From: Octopus sinensis
Taxonomy: Eukaryota
Direction of reading: 5' to 3'
NCBI RefSeq assembly: GCF_006345805.1
Contig: NC_042999.1
Span: 11,222,001 to 11,286,000 of the forward strand
Length of the DNA: 64,000 bases
Part shown: in pieces, positions 53,276 to 64,000 of the stretch
Numbering within the stretch: position 1 is the first letter of the stretch
Layout of the letters: each line of letters opens with the position of its first letter
Made by a program: the position numbers and the translations under genes
The notes under the pieces: generated by a model
What the model saw: the letters and a program-made list of their open reading frames with translations, nothing else
Database searches by the model: none
Told to the model about the DNA's origin: nothing

Positions 53276-53722
53276 GTGGTGGCCAGGCAGGTAGGTTACT
53301 AATGGTAAGGTAACATAATTCTGAGGTATAAATTGATTTCACTCAGCTCGTCTCTTAAGTTTGATGGATACAAATAAAAGAGAAAATGTAAATATTTATA
53401 AGAGCTGCCTTGTTTATCCGTTTTGTTATTTATCAGGACGTTTTGATGCATCGAATTGGCAATATTGCTGTCATTGGTTGGATTCCCTACTGCTGATATG
53501 GCACTTTGGATTCTAGATTCAATTTCAGCCCCTCAAAAGGGGCTGTCCATGTAATAGTCGACCATAAATGTGGTCCAAAAAATTTAACTTACACACAGAG
53601 AAGAGTTTAGTCTGGCATACAGTGCACAGCGCCCCCTTTAGGATGAAGATCGAACAGAGGGAAGGTTCCAGCTGGGCTGTAGGATAAATAATAAGAGAAA
53701 GAGAGGTGAGATGTTCACTTAC

Positions 53723-53807
53723 TGCACTGGACAAATTCGATCTGCTTAGTTTGCCTTCACTCTCCTCCACTAATTCCATCTTCAAATGGCCTTCAGCATC
53801 GGAAATC
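53723..53807 (-). CDS. Gelsolin-like exon (R-ISDAEGHLKMELVEESEGKLSRSNLSSA), domain G3
   Basis: Acceptor ttctttctgcag|, donor |gtaagt. 85 nt. Overlaps ORF 53525..53785. Confidence 0.93.
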
Positions 53808-55640
53808 CTGCAGAAAGAAAATTGGAAATCACTTAAATAGATTTTCTACAAATTCCCACAGACGCCTTCAACCGAGAAAATATCCCTAAAAACGTCAAGT
53901 TGTGAAGGTTTCTTTGACTTTTTTTAATTTCAGGTGACCGTTGACTGTTTAAGGGACACAATCAGAAAATATTAGTTTTAAATTGAAGAACGCTGGATTA
54001 GGTCAGATGAAGTTCAGTGAAACCGATTTTCTGGGACTGAATTCTGTTGTCGTTAGCAACGTTCAGCTCTTTTCTCCATGGCCAGACACAAAAGACTGAA
54101 AACAAACGACACTGCTTGTGTGAGAGAAATGCTTGAAGGAAGAAGTGGTCGTGAGGGAGAGAGAGGCAGAAGAGGAGTTGGTGGGGAGGGTTGTGAAAGT
54201 GCAGAAAAAAGGGGAAAGTGAAGAGCAGAACAATATTAAATGTTTGCAATTTTCGACAAGGAATTATGAGGGGAGGGGGGGGTCAGGTTGATTATTTTGT
54301 GGATCAATATTTCACTGAAGATGGAAGCCAAATTGAATTTGGTGGAAGTCAGACTGGAAGGAATGCTTTGAAGCATTTTGTCTCCTATTTTGATCTTACT
54401 GGTTGGCCACCTTAATGATAATGGCCCAGCTGCAGCACCAAGCAGTGGCTTCTCAACTGATTGGATGTGTTGTTTTGTCTTGGTATAAAAGATGGGTTTT
54501 ACAGCAAATATTCTGCTCAATACCACAGATTTGCTTGTCAGTTGTTTGACCTTAAACCAGTTGAGCATGTCCCTTGGTGGCTGACGATATGTGCATCTCT
54601 GATGACGAGCAGAAATAGTGGGGGAGCATCATAGCCATGTGTTGAGGGGGATTCTTGGAGGTCTAGATAATTCACCTCTGGAATCCTGGGTGTTTCATTC
54701 ATCATCCTTAGACAAACCTTATTCTGGGACCTTTTGAGCGAGTGGGCTACTCGACCTGAAGGAAATTCTAACCAGGCCCCACCTACAAGGTCATGTGTTG
54801 TTTATCTTGATATGTGATCACCATGTTGTACACATATGGTTGTGATGCATGTGCCTAGTGTACCCTTATCAGATGGGTATATTGGGCTTCATACATTTGT
54901 ACCCTAGTGTCACTTTAATGGTGTGTGCTGCTCTCTCCTTTTTACAATAAGTAAAAGGCCTGAACTTATGGGGGTTGGGTGTTGGTGTTTGTTAATTACA
55001 TCAGTGCCTGAACTTGACTGGTCCTCATAGAATGCCATGCAACGCAGACAAACACAGTTTGGACATACAAAGATACACTTATTGCATTATCATTTCCATG
55101 TCAAAATAAATATTTTCTGAGGAAAATTATGATTCATTTGAAAGTTCTGGATGTGAAGTTTCTTTTTGTATAGTTTTAATTAAAATCTAAAAGTCACAAA
55201 TCACGTCAGCCTCCCTCAAACACCCTCTTATTTCCTTTGCATTTACATCAAACCATCCAACCCATGAAAGCATTTTCCTTTTACCAGTCATTTTGGATAC
55301 AATGGTAACAAATCCGCATCCCACTGATGCTTGAAAGCAACTGAGTAAGAGGAGACAGGGGCCCGGGTGTGAGGTGGGGACGGGTGTGAGGGGAGGGGGG
55401 GCTGCCATAGTTACGGGACATGCAGTGGCCCAATGTCCGAAAATCTATTATTTTTGTGGTCATAAGTGCAGCTGGTTGTAAGTCAAGGAGAAGGTGTAGT
55501 CAATTACATCAACCCTAGTGTATCACTGGTACTTAATTTATCAATCATGAAAGGATGAATTTCAAAGTTGACCTCTACGAAATTTGAACTCAGAACTTAG
55601 CAATGAAGAAATACTGCTAAGCATTTCATCCAGCGTGCTA

Positions 55641-56306
55641 ACGACTCTGCCAGCTCCCATTTTAATTGGTTAATGATTCTGCCAGCTCACATTTTAATTG
55701 GTTAATGATTCTGCCAGATCACATGTTAATTGGTTAATGATTCTGCCAGCTCACATGTTAATTGGTTAATGATTCTGCCAGCTCACATGTTAAATGGTTA
55801 ATGATCCTGCCAGATCACATGTTAATTGGTTAATGATTCTGCCAGCTCACATTTTAATTGGTTAATGATTCTGCCAGATCACATTTTAATTGGTTAATGA
55901 TTCTGCCAGTTCACATGTTAATTGGTTAATAATTCTGCCAGATCACATGTTAATTGGTTAATGATTCTGCCAGCTCACATTTTAATTGGTTAATGATTCT
56001 GCCAGATCACATTTTAATTGGTTAATGATTCTGCCAGCTCACATGTTAAATGGTTAATGATTCTGCCAGCTCACATGTTAATTGGTTAATGATTCTGCCA
56101 GCTCACATGTTAATTGGTTAATGATTCTGCCAGCTCACATGTTAATTGGTTAATGATTCTGCCAGCTCACATGTTAATTGGTTAATGATTCTGCCAGCTC
56201 ACATTTTAATTGGTTAATGATTCTGCCAGCTCACATTTTAATTGGTTAATGATTCTGCCAGCTCACATTTTAATTGGTTAATGATTCTGCCAGCTCCCAT
56301 TTTAAT
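55641..56306. repeat. 32 bp minisatellite, ~21 units (ttaattggttaatgattctgccag[c/a]tcacat[g/t])
   Basis: Period measured at 55664/55696. Two recurring variant positions. Confidence 0.97.
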
Positions 56307-56418
56307 ATAACTGAATCTTTGCATTGTGGGAAAAGTTGAAGTTTTATCATCAGAAATATCAGTGACTTAAAAATGAAAATTAATTAAAGTCAAAGTTACC
56401 TGAACAGGTGCAGCTTAC

Positions 56419-56537
56419 CTAAACAATCTGTTGATATCATCATCATCCTCGTCGTCATCTTCATCGTCATCATCATCATCATCACCATCCGCCTGTTTCT
56501 TTTCAATGCATTGGTTTATTAATTTTTGGAATGAATT
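56419..56537 (-). CDS. Gelsolin-like exon with poly-Asp linker (NSFQKLINQCIEKKQADGDDDDDDDEDDDEDDDDINRLF-R)
   Basis: Acceptor gtcttttgaag|, donor |gtaagc. 119 nt, phase 0/2. Joins the next exon to give the LFRISDA motif that starts G3. Confidence 0.9.
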
Positions 56538-56986
56538 CTTCAAAAGACAAATGAAAATACATCGTCAACAACAACAGCAACAACAATCCTTCCTGCTGAA
56601 GGTGCAAGGCCAGCAACTTTGGGGTTGGAGTTAAGTTTATTGCATTGACTCCAGTACATGACCGGTACTTATTCTATTCAGCCCGAAAAAAATTTAAAGT
56701 GAAGTCAGAAGAAATGTTGCTAAGCATTTTTCCCAACCTGCTAACAATTCTGCCAACTCAATCCCTTAATAATAATGGTTTCAAATTTTGGCACAGGGCC
56801 AGAAATTTGCAGGGAGGGTACTAGTCGATTGCATCAATCCCCTCGTGTTCGATTGATCCTTAATTTATTGACCCCCTGAAAGGATAAAAGTCTACCTCAG
56901 TAGATTTTGTACCCAGGATACGCAGATAGATGAAATGCCGATAAGCATTCTGTCCAGGATGCTTAACATTCTGCCAGTTCGCTGCC

Positions 56987-57018
<32 letters not shown>

Positions 57019-57199
57019 CCACAACCAATGCCCAAGGTAAACCACAGCACATACCTAAGGCACACGAAGCTGCATTTGGTAGTGCAGTGAGAGCACATCA
57101 TAAAACTAATAATAAAACAAACTCCCAAACACCCTAAAAGCCATTAACCATTTACAATACAATCTGTACCTTTGTGTGTGTGTGCATATATATATGTAT

Positions 57200-57251
<52 letters not shown>

Positions 57252-57351
57252 TTTCAGCAAAATTTAGATTCAGATGAATATGGTACTTAAGTTAAAGGCA
57301 CCAGAATTTGGTATGGCATTATCCATATAATTCAAAATGGGGTGATTATAA

Positions 57352-57695
57352 TCAAAATAAGCAACAAGGATGTCCAAGGTAGAGTAGTACAATTGTTTCA
57401 TGCTACTTCATTTTATTAAACAATGTAAGTATTACATCAGTTTTAAAATGTCGAGCAATCTTCAGCCATATATAGAATTTTTTAATTAAATGCACATTTA
57501 TGAACATTTTTAATGTTGGCAAATGAAATAAATATAAAAATGCACATTGTCCATTTAATTAAAAAAAATTCTATATGTGGCTGAAGGTTGCTCTGCATTT
57601 TAAAACTGATGTAATACTTACATTGTTTAATAAAATGAAGTAGCATGAAACGATTGTACTACACTACCTTTGGATATCCTTGTTGCTTATTTTGA
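57352..57695. repeat. Palindrome with ~140 bp arms, each carrying a hammerhead-like motif
   Basis: Arms 57352-57492 and 57552-57695, ~59 nt spacer. Confidence 0.85.
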
Positions 57696-57824
57696 GTATA
57701 TATAAATATATACACACACAATCTTGTATACACTGACATCAAAAATTTTAACATTTTGGCAAGTTCTTATTTCTATAAGACAGCAATCACATAAGTGTGT
57801 TAATTGGATTAATGAGATTCTTAC

Positions 57825-57908
57825 CCCATCATCCATATCCTGGTTAATAACTTCAGATGTTGTCTTTCCACCTCGGTCATTTTTTAATTCTTGGCAAAAG
57901 CAATTGGC
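57825..57908 (-). CDS. Gelsolin-like exon (ANCFCQELKNDRGGKTTSEVINQDMDDG), domain G2
   Basis: Acceptor ctttcttttcag|, donor |gtaaga. 84 nt, phase 0/0. Lies inside ORF 57687..58028. Confidence 0.92.
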
Positions 57909-58063
57909 CTGAAAAGAAAGCAAATATCTAAATTTATATTTCTGCAAAATATTTCCATGTAATATTGAACAAAATACGGTTTTACTCACTTTCAAAATAT
58001 TTACAAAAATTACTGAATCAGATTTCAATTTTTCTGTGGAGCTAAATGAACTGAATTTAAAAT

Positions 58064-58398
58064 CTATGTCGTTTAAAGAAAAGGATCAGTTAAAGTACAA
58101 ACGGGACCTTACACTGTCATTTAAAGAAAAGGGTCAGCTAAAGTACAAACAGGACCTTACTCTATGTCGTTTAAAGAAAAGGGTCAGCTAAAGTACAAAC
58201 GGGACCTTACACTGTCATTTAAAGAAAAGGGTCAGCTAAAGTACAAACAGGACCTTACTCTATGTCGTTTAAAGAAAAGGGTCAGTTAAAGTACAAACAG
58301 GACCTTATTCTATGTCGTTTAAAGAAAAGGGTCAGCTAAAGTACAAACAGGACCTTACACTTTGTCGTTTGAAGAAAAGGGTCAGTTAAAGTAAAAAC
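58064..58398. repeat. 48/50 bp minisatellite, ~7 units, abutting a gelsolin-like 5' splice site
   Basis: tgtc anchors at 58067, 58115, 58165, 58213, 58263, 58313, 58363 (periods 48,50,48,50,50,50). Confidence 0.95.
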
Positions 58399-58409
58399 CA
58401 GTTTCTTAC

Positions 58410-58517
58410 CCTGTGTCGTTGAAAGAGGTTGCTTTCATCACCATACCACTGGATAATCTTGACCCCCATATCCAACAAGAAGATATCTTCTTGGCTCAAC
58501 AATTTACGGAAAGCAAC
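58410..58517 (-). CDS. Gelsolin-like exon (VAFRKLLSQEDIFLLDMGVKIIQWYGDESNLFQRHR), domain G2
   Basis: Acceptor ttttctttccag|, donor |gtaaga. 108 nt. DIFLLD.G..I.QW.G gelsolin repeat motif. Confidence 0.93.
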
Positions 58518-60260
58518 CTGGAAAGAAAAAGAGACACATCATCGTCATTTAACATTCTCCTTCCATGCTGTCATGGGTTGGACGGTTCAACAGGAGGGTG
58601 GCCAGGCAGGTGCCTGCACCAGGCTTCTTTGTCTGTTTTGGCAGGGGTCTTATGGCTGGATGCCCTTCTCAACACCAACCACTCTGCAGAACTTATATAG
58701 AAATTTAAAAATCAAATTGATATTATATGAAAATGGAAATTAGGAATAAATTCTTAAAGAAACAAGACATATTAATTCTGGAAGGCTTTTAAATGTGAGA
58801 GAGATTGGTTACCTTCCCTGGAACAAGTGTGTTGTGTCTACAGAAAGCAAGTTAAAGAGAGAAATCCTTTTCTGAAACTAAAATCAGCGAAAAGCCATTT
58901 TCATTTTTAAGTTTGTCCCAAGATGTTACGAATGGCCCCACATCGCTTTCCCTCTTCTCAAACATGCAATTAACGTATACAAGCGAAGACAACCACTCCA
59001 ACCCCCAGTGTGGTTGGCAGGGGGCACTGCAGAGTAACTTGTTCTGTTGACAGAAATGTGTCTATGGAGAGAAATTTCCAGCCATCCCAAAACCCCGTGG
59101 ATGACTTTTGAGAAAGTTTCAACCTGCCTCAGACATATTGGAATTAGGAACAAGTTTTGCTGTGTCTTGGCAGAGTCATTCCACCAAAAATATTATCACA
59201 TGTATTGGTTCAATTCCACTTCTTTATTTATTAGTCAATTGGTTAAATATCTAACCAACTAATTGACCGTTTGTTTAATTTGTTGGTTAAACAATCAATC
59301 GTTGTTGTTTTTTTAAATTTTTGTTTGTCAAAGTTCTTTTCTTCCATTCGCAATCTTTGCAGTGACCATCTCACCCCACTTCGCTACGGAGGCCATGTGT
59401 GCCTGCATGAGACCGTGTGTGTGTGTGTGTGCATGGGTATTGCTGACCTCTTTCAGGGTTCAGTGTTTGCCTTTTGTCCACTGTAGATTTATAGGTTTAT
59501 GGTGTGGGGGGGTTTTCCTGCGGGGGGGGGGCGATCCGAAGATATGGAGGTGTGTCTGCAATTATCTACATGCATATGTATGTGTTATTGTGTGCATTCC
59601 TGCATCTATCTGTGTATGTACAGGTGCGTTCTTATGCAGGTGTGCATGTGCGTGTGTTTGCATGCATGTTTGTGTGTGCACATGTATGCGTGGTGTGTAT
59701 GTACGTGTGCTTGTACATGTATGTGCATGGGTGTATGTGTAGTTGTGTTTTCCTGTGTCTTTTTATGTGTGTGTGTGTGTGTGTTCTTGTGCTTATGTAT
59801 GCCTGTATGTCTAAGTCTGTCCATTCTACCTGTTTATCTAATTACCTGCCTCCCCCATTGACCTACCTAATTAACTAATAACAATCCGACTCGTGGCCGA
59901 TGCCAGCACCGCCTCGACTGGCTTCCGTGCCGGTGGCACATAAAATACACCAATCTGACCGTGGCCGTTGCCAGCCCCGCCTGGCACCTGTGCAGGTGGC
60001 ACGTAAAAAGCACCCACTACACTCACGGAGTGGTTGGCGTTAGGAAGGGCATCCAGCTGTAGAAACATTGCCAGATTAGACTGGAGCCTGGTGCAGCCTT
60101 CTGGCTTCCCAGAACCCCGGTCGAACCGTCCAACCCATGCTAGCATGGAGAACGGACGTTAAACGACGATGATGATGATGATGAAAGGAGTAGAATTGAA
60201 CCAGTGCATGTGATATTGGCATAGTGACTCTCCCAACACAACAAAACATTATAAATATAT

Positions 60261-60294
<34 letters not shown>

Positions 60295-60347
60295 CACACA
60301 CACACACACTCGTACATGTTTTCTTTCTATGTGTACATGTTATCAAT

Positions 60348-60383
<36 letters not shown>

Positions 60384-61058
60384 ACAGTGGAGTGCAAAAG
60401 GAGGTATGTTATAAGACTTAATTAATTAGAGTCATTAGCACATTTAATTAGTTAGCCTCATTTCTGATATTTTCAGTGTCATTAATCATAATAATACATT
60501 TGTCATAACAATGATCAGAACTTTTATTGTAAGGGGTTTTCTTCTCTTCATAACTGTAGACCCACCTTTTGCATTGCCCTCTATTTAAATATTTAGTTAT
60601 AATCCTTGCCTCTTAATTGTCAATCTAGCATCCACCCAGAATCTTCAAAAATCACTAATCTCATCAAGTCTTACCACTTCATTCATCACTCATTCATCAT
60701 CACTCATTCTCATCACTCAGAGCAGCTTTTTCCCTTCAAATACCACACACCAACATATCTTATGTATTTTTTATATTTTTCAACAATGATCTTTTCCACA
60801 TATGTAAATGCTTTCCTTCATTTTTGAAACTCTGAAGAAACTATAAAATGATGCACATGCATCAGCTCTGGGTGCACTGCAGCTTGTTGCAGAAACAGCT
60901 GTAAGCTAATGAAGGTCATTGCATAATCTCCTATTCCTTTGTCGTTTCTTTAATTTCAGATTCTCAACGATATTTAGATTGAGCTTTAACGCCAAACTTT
61001 TACCTTCACCATCGATGCCCAACTGCAAATATTAAAAGATTTATGTTAGCGTATTTAC

Positions 61059-61167
61059 CTCTTTCACTGAGACTTTCTTACCACTTTCAGTGTAAAACAA
61101 GAGACGTGGTTTGTATTCATCCGGCTTCACAGGATTAAATCCGCTGGCTACGCCACCTCTCAACACC
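61059..61167 (-). CDS. Gelsolin-like exon (VLRGGVASGFNPVKPDEYKPRLLFYTESGKKVSVKE), G1-G2 linker
   Basis: Acceptor atttctttag|, donor |gtaaat. 109 nt, phase compatible with the previous exon. GGVASGF and Y.PRLL motifs. Confidence 0.95.
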
Positions 61168-61528
61168 CTAAAGAAATAATTTTTTTTAAAAAGTTTTAAT
61201 TAAGCTTTAACAAAAAATGAGAGAAATAAAAAAATTTTTTTAAATCTTAATCTCAAGAGGGAAGGCCTTGCCTAGGATCTCTTATAGCGACTTAAAGACT
61301 GGTGAGGCCTACAAGACCAGTCCAGCCATCTGTGAATGTGGAGACCATACTGGAGCGTCCCTTTGTCTGCTTTCTACTAACCCTAAGCCCTACAGACCTG
61401 CTGGAGTTAAATAGAAATGTGAAGAACTGTATAAAGAAACTTATGCTTCAAAGAATGAAAAGGAACACTAAGTTTATCTAATTATTTTAATTGAATTTTT
61501 GTCAATTAACATCATTAATATGAGACAT

Positions 61529-61616
61529 TGTTAAAACCTCAAAGTATACTTGTTAAAACCTCAAAGTATACTTGTTAAAACCTCAAAGTATACTTGTTAA
61601 AACCTCAAAGTATACT
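61529..61616. repeat. 22 bp tandem repeat x4 (ttgttaaaacctcaaagtatac)
   Basis: Directly visible. Confidence 0.95.
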
Positions 61617-63032
61617 GTCTCCATTTTAAAAGATGCTAGAATATTCTTTTCTACTCTACAAGGCCCCAAATTTTTGGGGAGTAGGGGGGGGGGCGGGCAG
61701 TCGATTACATTGACCTCAGTATGCAACTGATACTTAATTTATCGACCCCAAAAAGATGAAAGGCAAAGTCGATCTTGGCAGAATTTGAACTCAGAATGTA
61801 AAAACATGAAACACTGCTAAACATTTTGCCCGGCGTGCTAACATTTCTGCCAGCTCACCGCCTTAAGATGACAGAAGCAAAAGAGTTGTATGCAAATCTA
61901 GAAAATTCTTTGCTACAAGTTTATTTATATTAAATGATTTTAATTGAACTCTTGTTAACTAACATCTAATTCTTAAGATGTCATCAGAAGTGAAATCTAG
62001 GAATTACAAAAAGAATATTTAGCCCTATATTTATTATGAAAAGCTGAAGAGCATAGATTGAACAGGATTCATATTTTAATTGTACTCAACTTTGAATTCA
62101 TTTAGATAAACTCCGTCCAATGTAGAATTATATAATTGTGATACACAATAGATTTAAATCAAATTAATTGATGATTTGGGGAAATACATTTTAAAATAAA
62201 TTTGAATTTAATTTGCCAAAATATTTTCTTTGCTTTGAGACCGAGGAACAGGTCACGGTCCCAAAGCGACAAAAATAAATTTGAATTAATTAAAGTTCAT
62301 CATCATTGTTTAACATTTGTTTTCCATGGTAGCATGGGTTGGACAGTTCGACTGGGGTGTGGGAAGCCAGGAGGCTGCACCAGGCTCCAGTTTGATCTGG
62401 CAATGTTTCTACAGCTGGATGCCCTTCCTAACGCCAACCACTCCGTGAGTGTAGTGGGTGCTTTTTAAGTGCCACCAGCACAGGGGCCAGGTGAGGCTGG
62501 CAATGGCCACGTTCGGATGGTGCTTTTTTTTTATGTGCCACCAGCACAGAAGCCAGCCAAGGTGACACTAATTATGTAATTATTCAACTGATGGTATCTT
62601 AATGAAACAGCTGTTCAACAGAAAATATACACTATTTGAAATTGTATATTTCTGCTTGTTCTGTTCAATATTGTTGCTTTTAAAGATCATTTTAGCTGAT
62701 TATGTAAATATATGCAAATCACTCCCTGCCGAATTACTGCAATGTAATTACATGTTCGAATCTAATGACTTCTAATTTTTAAGCTCTTAGTTACCATGGA
62801 TTTATTCTTTGATCCTTACACATTAATTCTCTAAATTTTTTATTTACCAACACTTTGAAGTTTCATTTATTCTTCTTGAAAATAACCTCATAAATTCACT
62901 CTCAGACACGGTTTTAACATCACAAGAAAAGGTCATCAAGAAAAGTTTGCCATTTTCCCCTCATTTAATCTTTTACATAGTCTTTTTTTCCTTTCTAAAT
63001 AGTAAAGAAAATAGTTCTATTTTTATACTCAC

Positions 63033-63160
63033 TCAATTTTAGAGAAATAACTCCTGAAAAGATCTGATTCATGTTTATCACACTCTCTATGTTGTACAGG
63101 TATGTCATCCAGGTATGTATCTAATTCAACGGTTTTGTAGGCTGCAGTGGCATATTCATC
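63033..63160 (-). CDS. Gelsolin/severin-like protein, exon in domain G1 ([43 protein letters not shown]); first exon visible in the window
   Basis: Minus-strand acceptor ttttgctgttcag|, donor |gtgagt. 128 nt. Contains the gelsolin G1 signature [18 protein letters not shown]...ES.LF.SYF. No upstream exon found in 63161-64000. Confidence 0.95.
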
Positions 63161-64000
63161 CTGAACAGCAAAAGAATATACATTATTGTCATAGCATCTC
63201 CCTTTCCTATGCTTGCATTGGTCAGGGAGATCTTTCTACGGCCAGATGTCCTCCTTCCCATCACTAATCCTCACCTGTATCCAAGCAAGGTGAGATTCCA
63301 CATGAATTACACCACTTATACAACAACAACAATCACATACAACAACAACAGAAGCTTTCTTTCCAGTTTCCGTCTGCCAAATGCACTCACAAGGTTTTGG
63401 TTAGCATCGGCCAAAGTGTCCTCTGATTAACCAGACAGCCAAGCGTTTGTGTTTGTAACCATATGATTTGAGGTTCAGTTACCCTGCAGAGCACCTTCAG
63501 TGAGGGTTTTCTATTATAGCCTGGGGTTAAACAAAGTCTTAAGACTTGTATCAAACATTGATAGTAACTGAAAACTAGTACATAAAAGATTAAACATGTT
63601 GCCTAGATTAGTAAGAGCAGTTTTGAATTTCCTCTGGAACCCAATAACGGATTTTAGAAAGAGAAGCAGTTCACTGGGTCCTGAAATCTTCTAGACACAC
63701 ACAAAGTATCTCTGACTGGGTTTTGTTACTTTTTAAAGACTATCTTGGAATCGCTTAATACCTTCCTTTCAGAAGTTAAACTGAAAGAGAAATATAATCC
63801 AATCACTGAAATGTTTCATTTCGACTATAAACAACTGAAATGAATAAAAGCAACAGCTAAAAATCCTTTCACAAAAACACATTAAGATTTTATAGGTTCC
63901 TCTATGTGATCACTTAACTTGCAAGAAATAGCAGTCAAATTTCCAACTACACTCAACCTTCATCATCATCATCGTTTGACATCTGTTCTCCATGCTAGCA

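Noticed and set aside
54005-54030. cagatgaagttcagtgaaac, and ctgatgacgagcagaaa at ~54599
   Set aside because: No helix I/II pairing. The second lies in a repeat whose other copy reads ctgatcac.
55641-56306. Regular ~32 bp periodicity suggestive of a CRISPR array (likewise 58064-58398)
   Set aside because: Units are contiguous with no unique spacers, the DNA is eukaryotic, and there are no cas genes.

Overview
AT-rich, repeat-dense eukaryotic DNA, very probably Octopus (inferred from the SINE/LINE repertoire and the (TA/TG)n microsatellites). The ORF track is almost entirely noise; the real genes had to be assembled from splice sites. Two convergent intron-rich genes are present. GID8/TWA1 (CTLH E3 ligase scaffold) has 4 coding exons on + (33801-47065, 226 aa). 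A short gelsolin/severin-like actin-binding gene has 8 exons on - (49508-63160, 274 aa visible, 5' part outside the window). The rest is RTE-LINE 3' ends with (GAT)n tails, tRNA-derived SINEs, Tc1/mariner/pogo fossils (one with DD37E spacing), two solo LTRs with target-site duplications, MITE-like palindromes and mini/microsatellites. Best leads: (1) a sequence-complete type I hammerhead ribozyme at 20445-20551, plus several decayed hammerhead motifs, some arranged as inverted dimers, pointing to a Penelope-like/retrozyme-like family; (2) a ~1.17 kb near-identical inverted duplication that brackets exactly GID8 exons 2-3 (back-splicing/ADAR substrate, or an assembly artefact); (3) a minisatellite built from copies of a gelsolin exon/5' splice-site junction. 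No database searches or folding programs were run. Family assignments come from motif recognition and recalled homologue sequences, and repeat boundaries are approximate unless a TSD is quoted.
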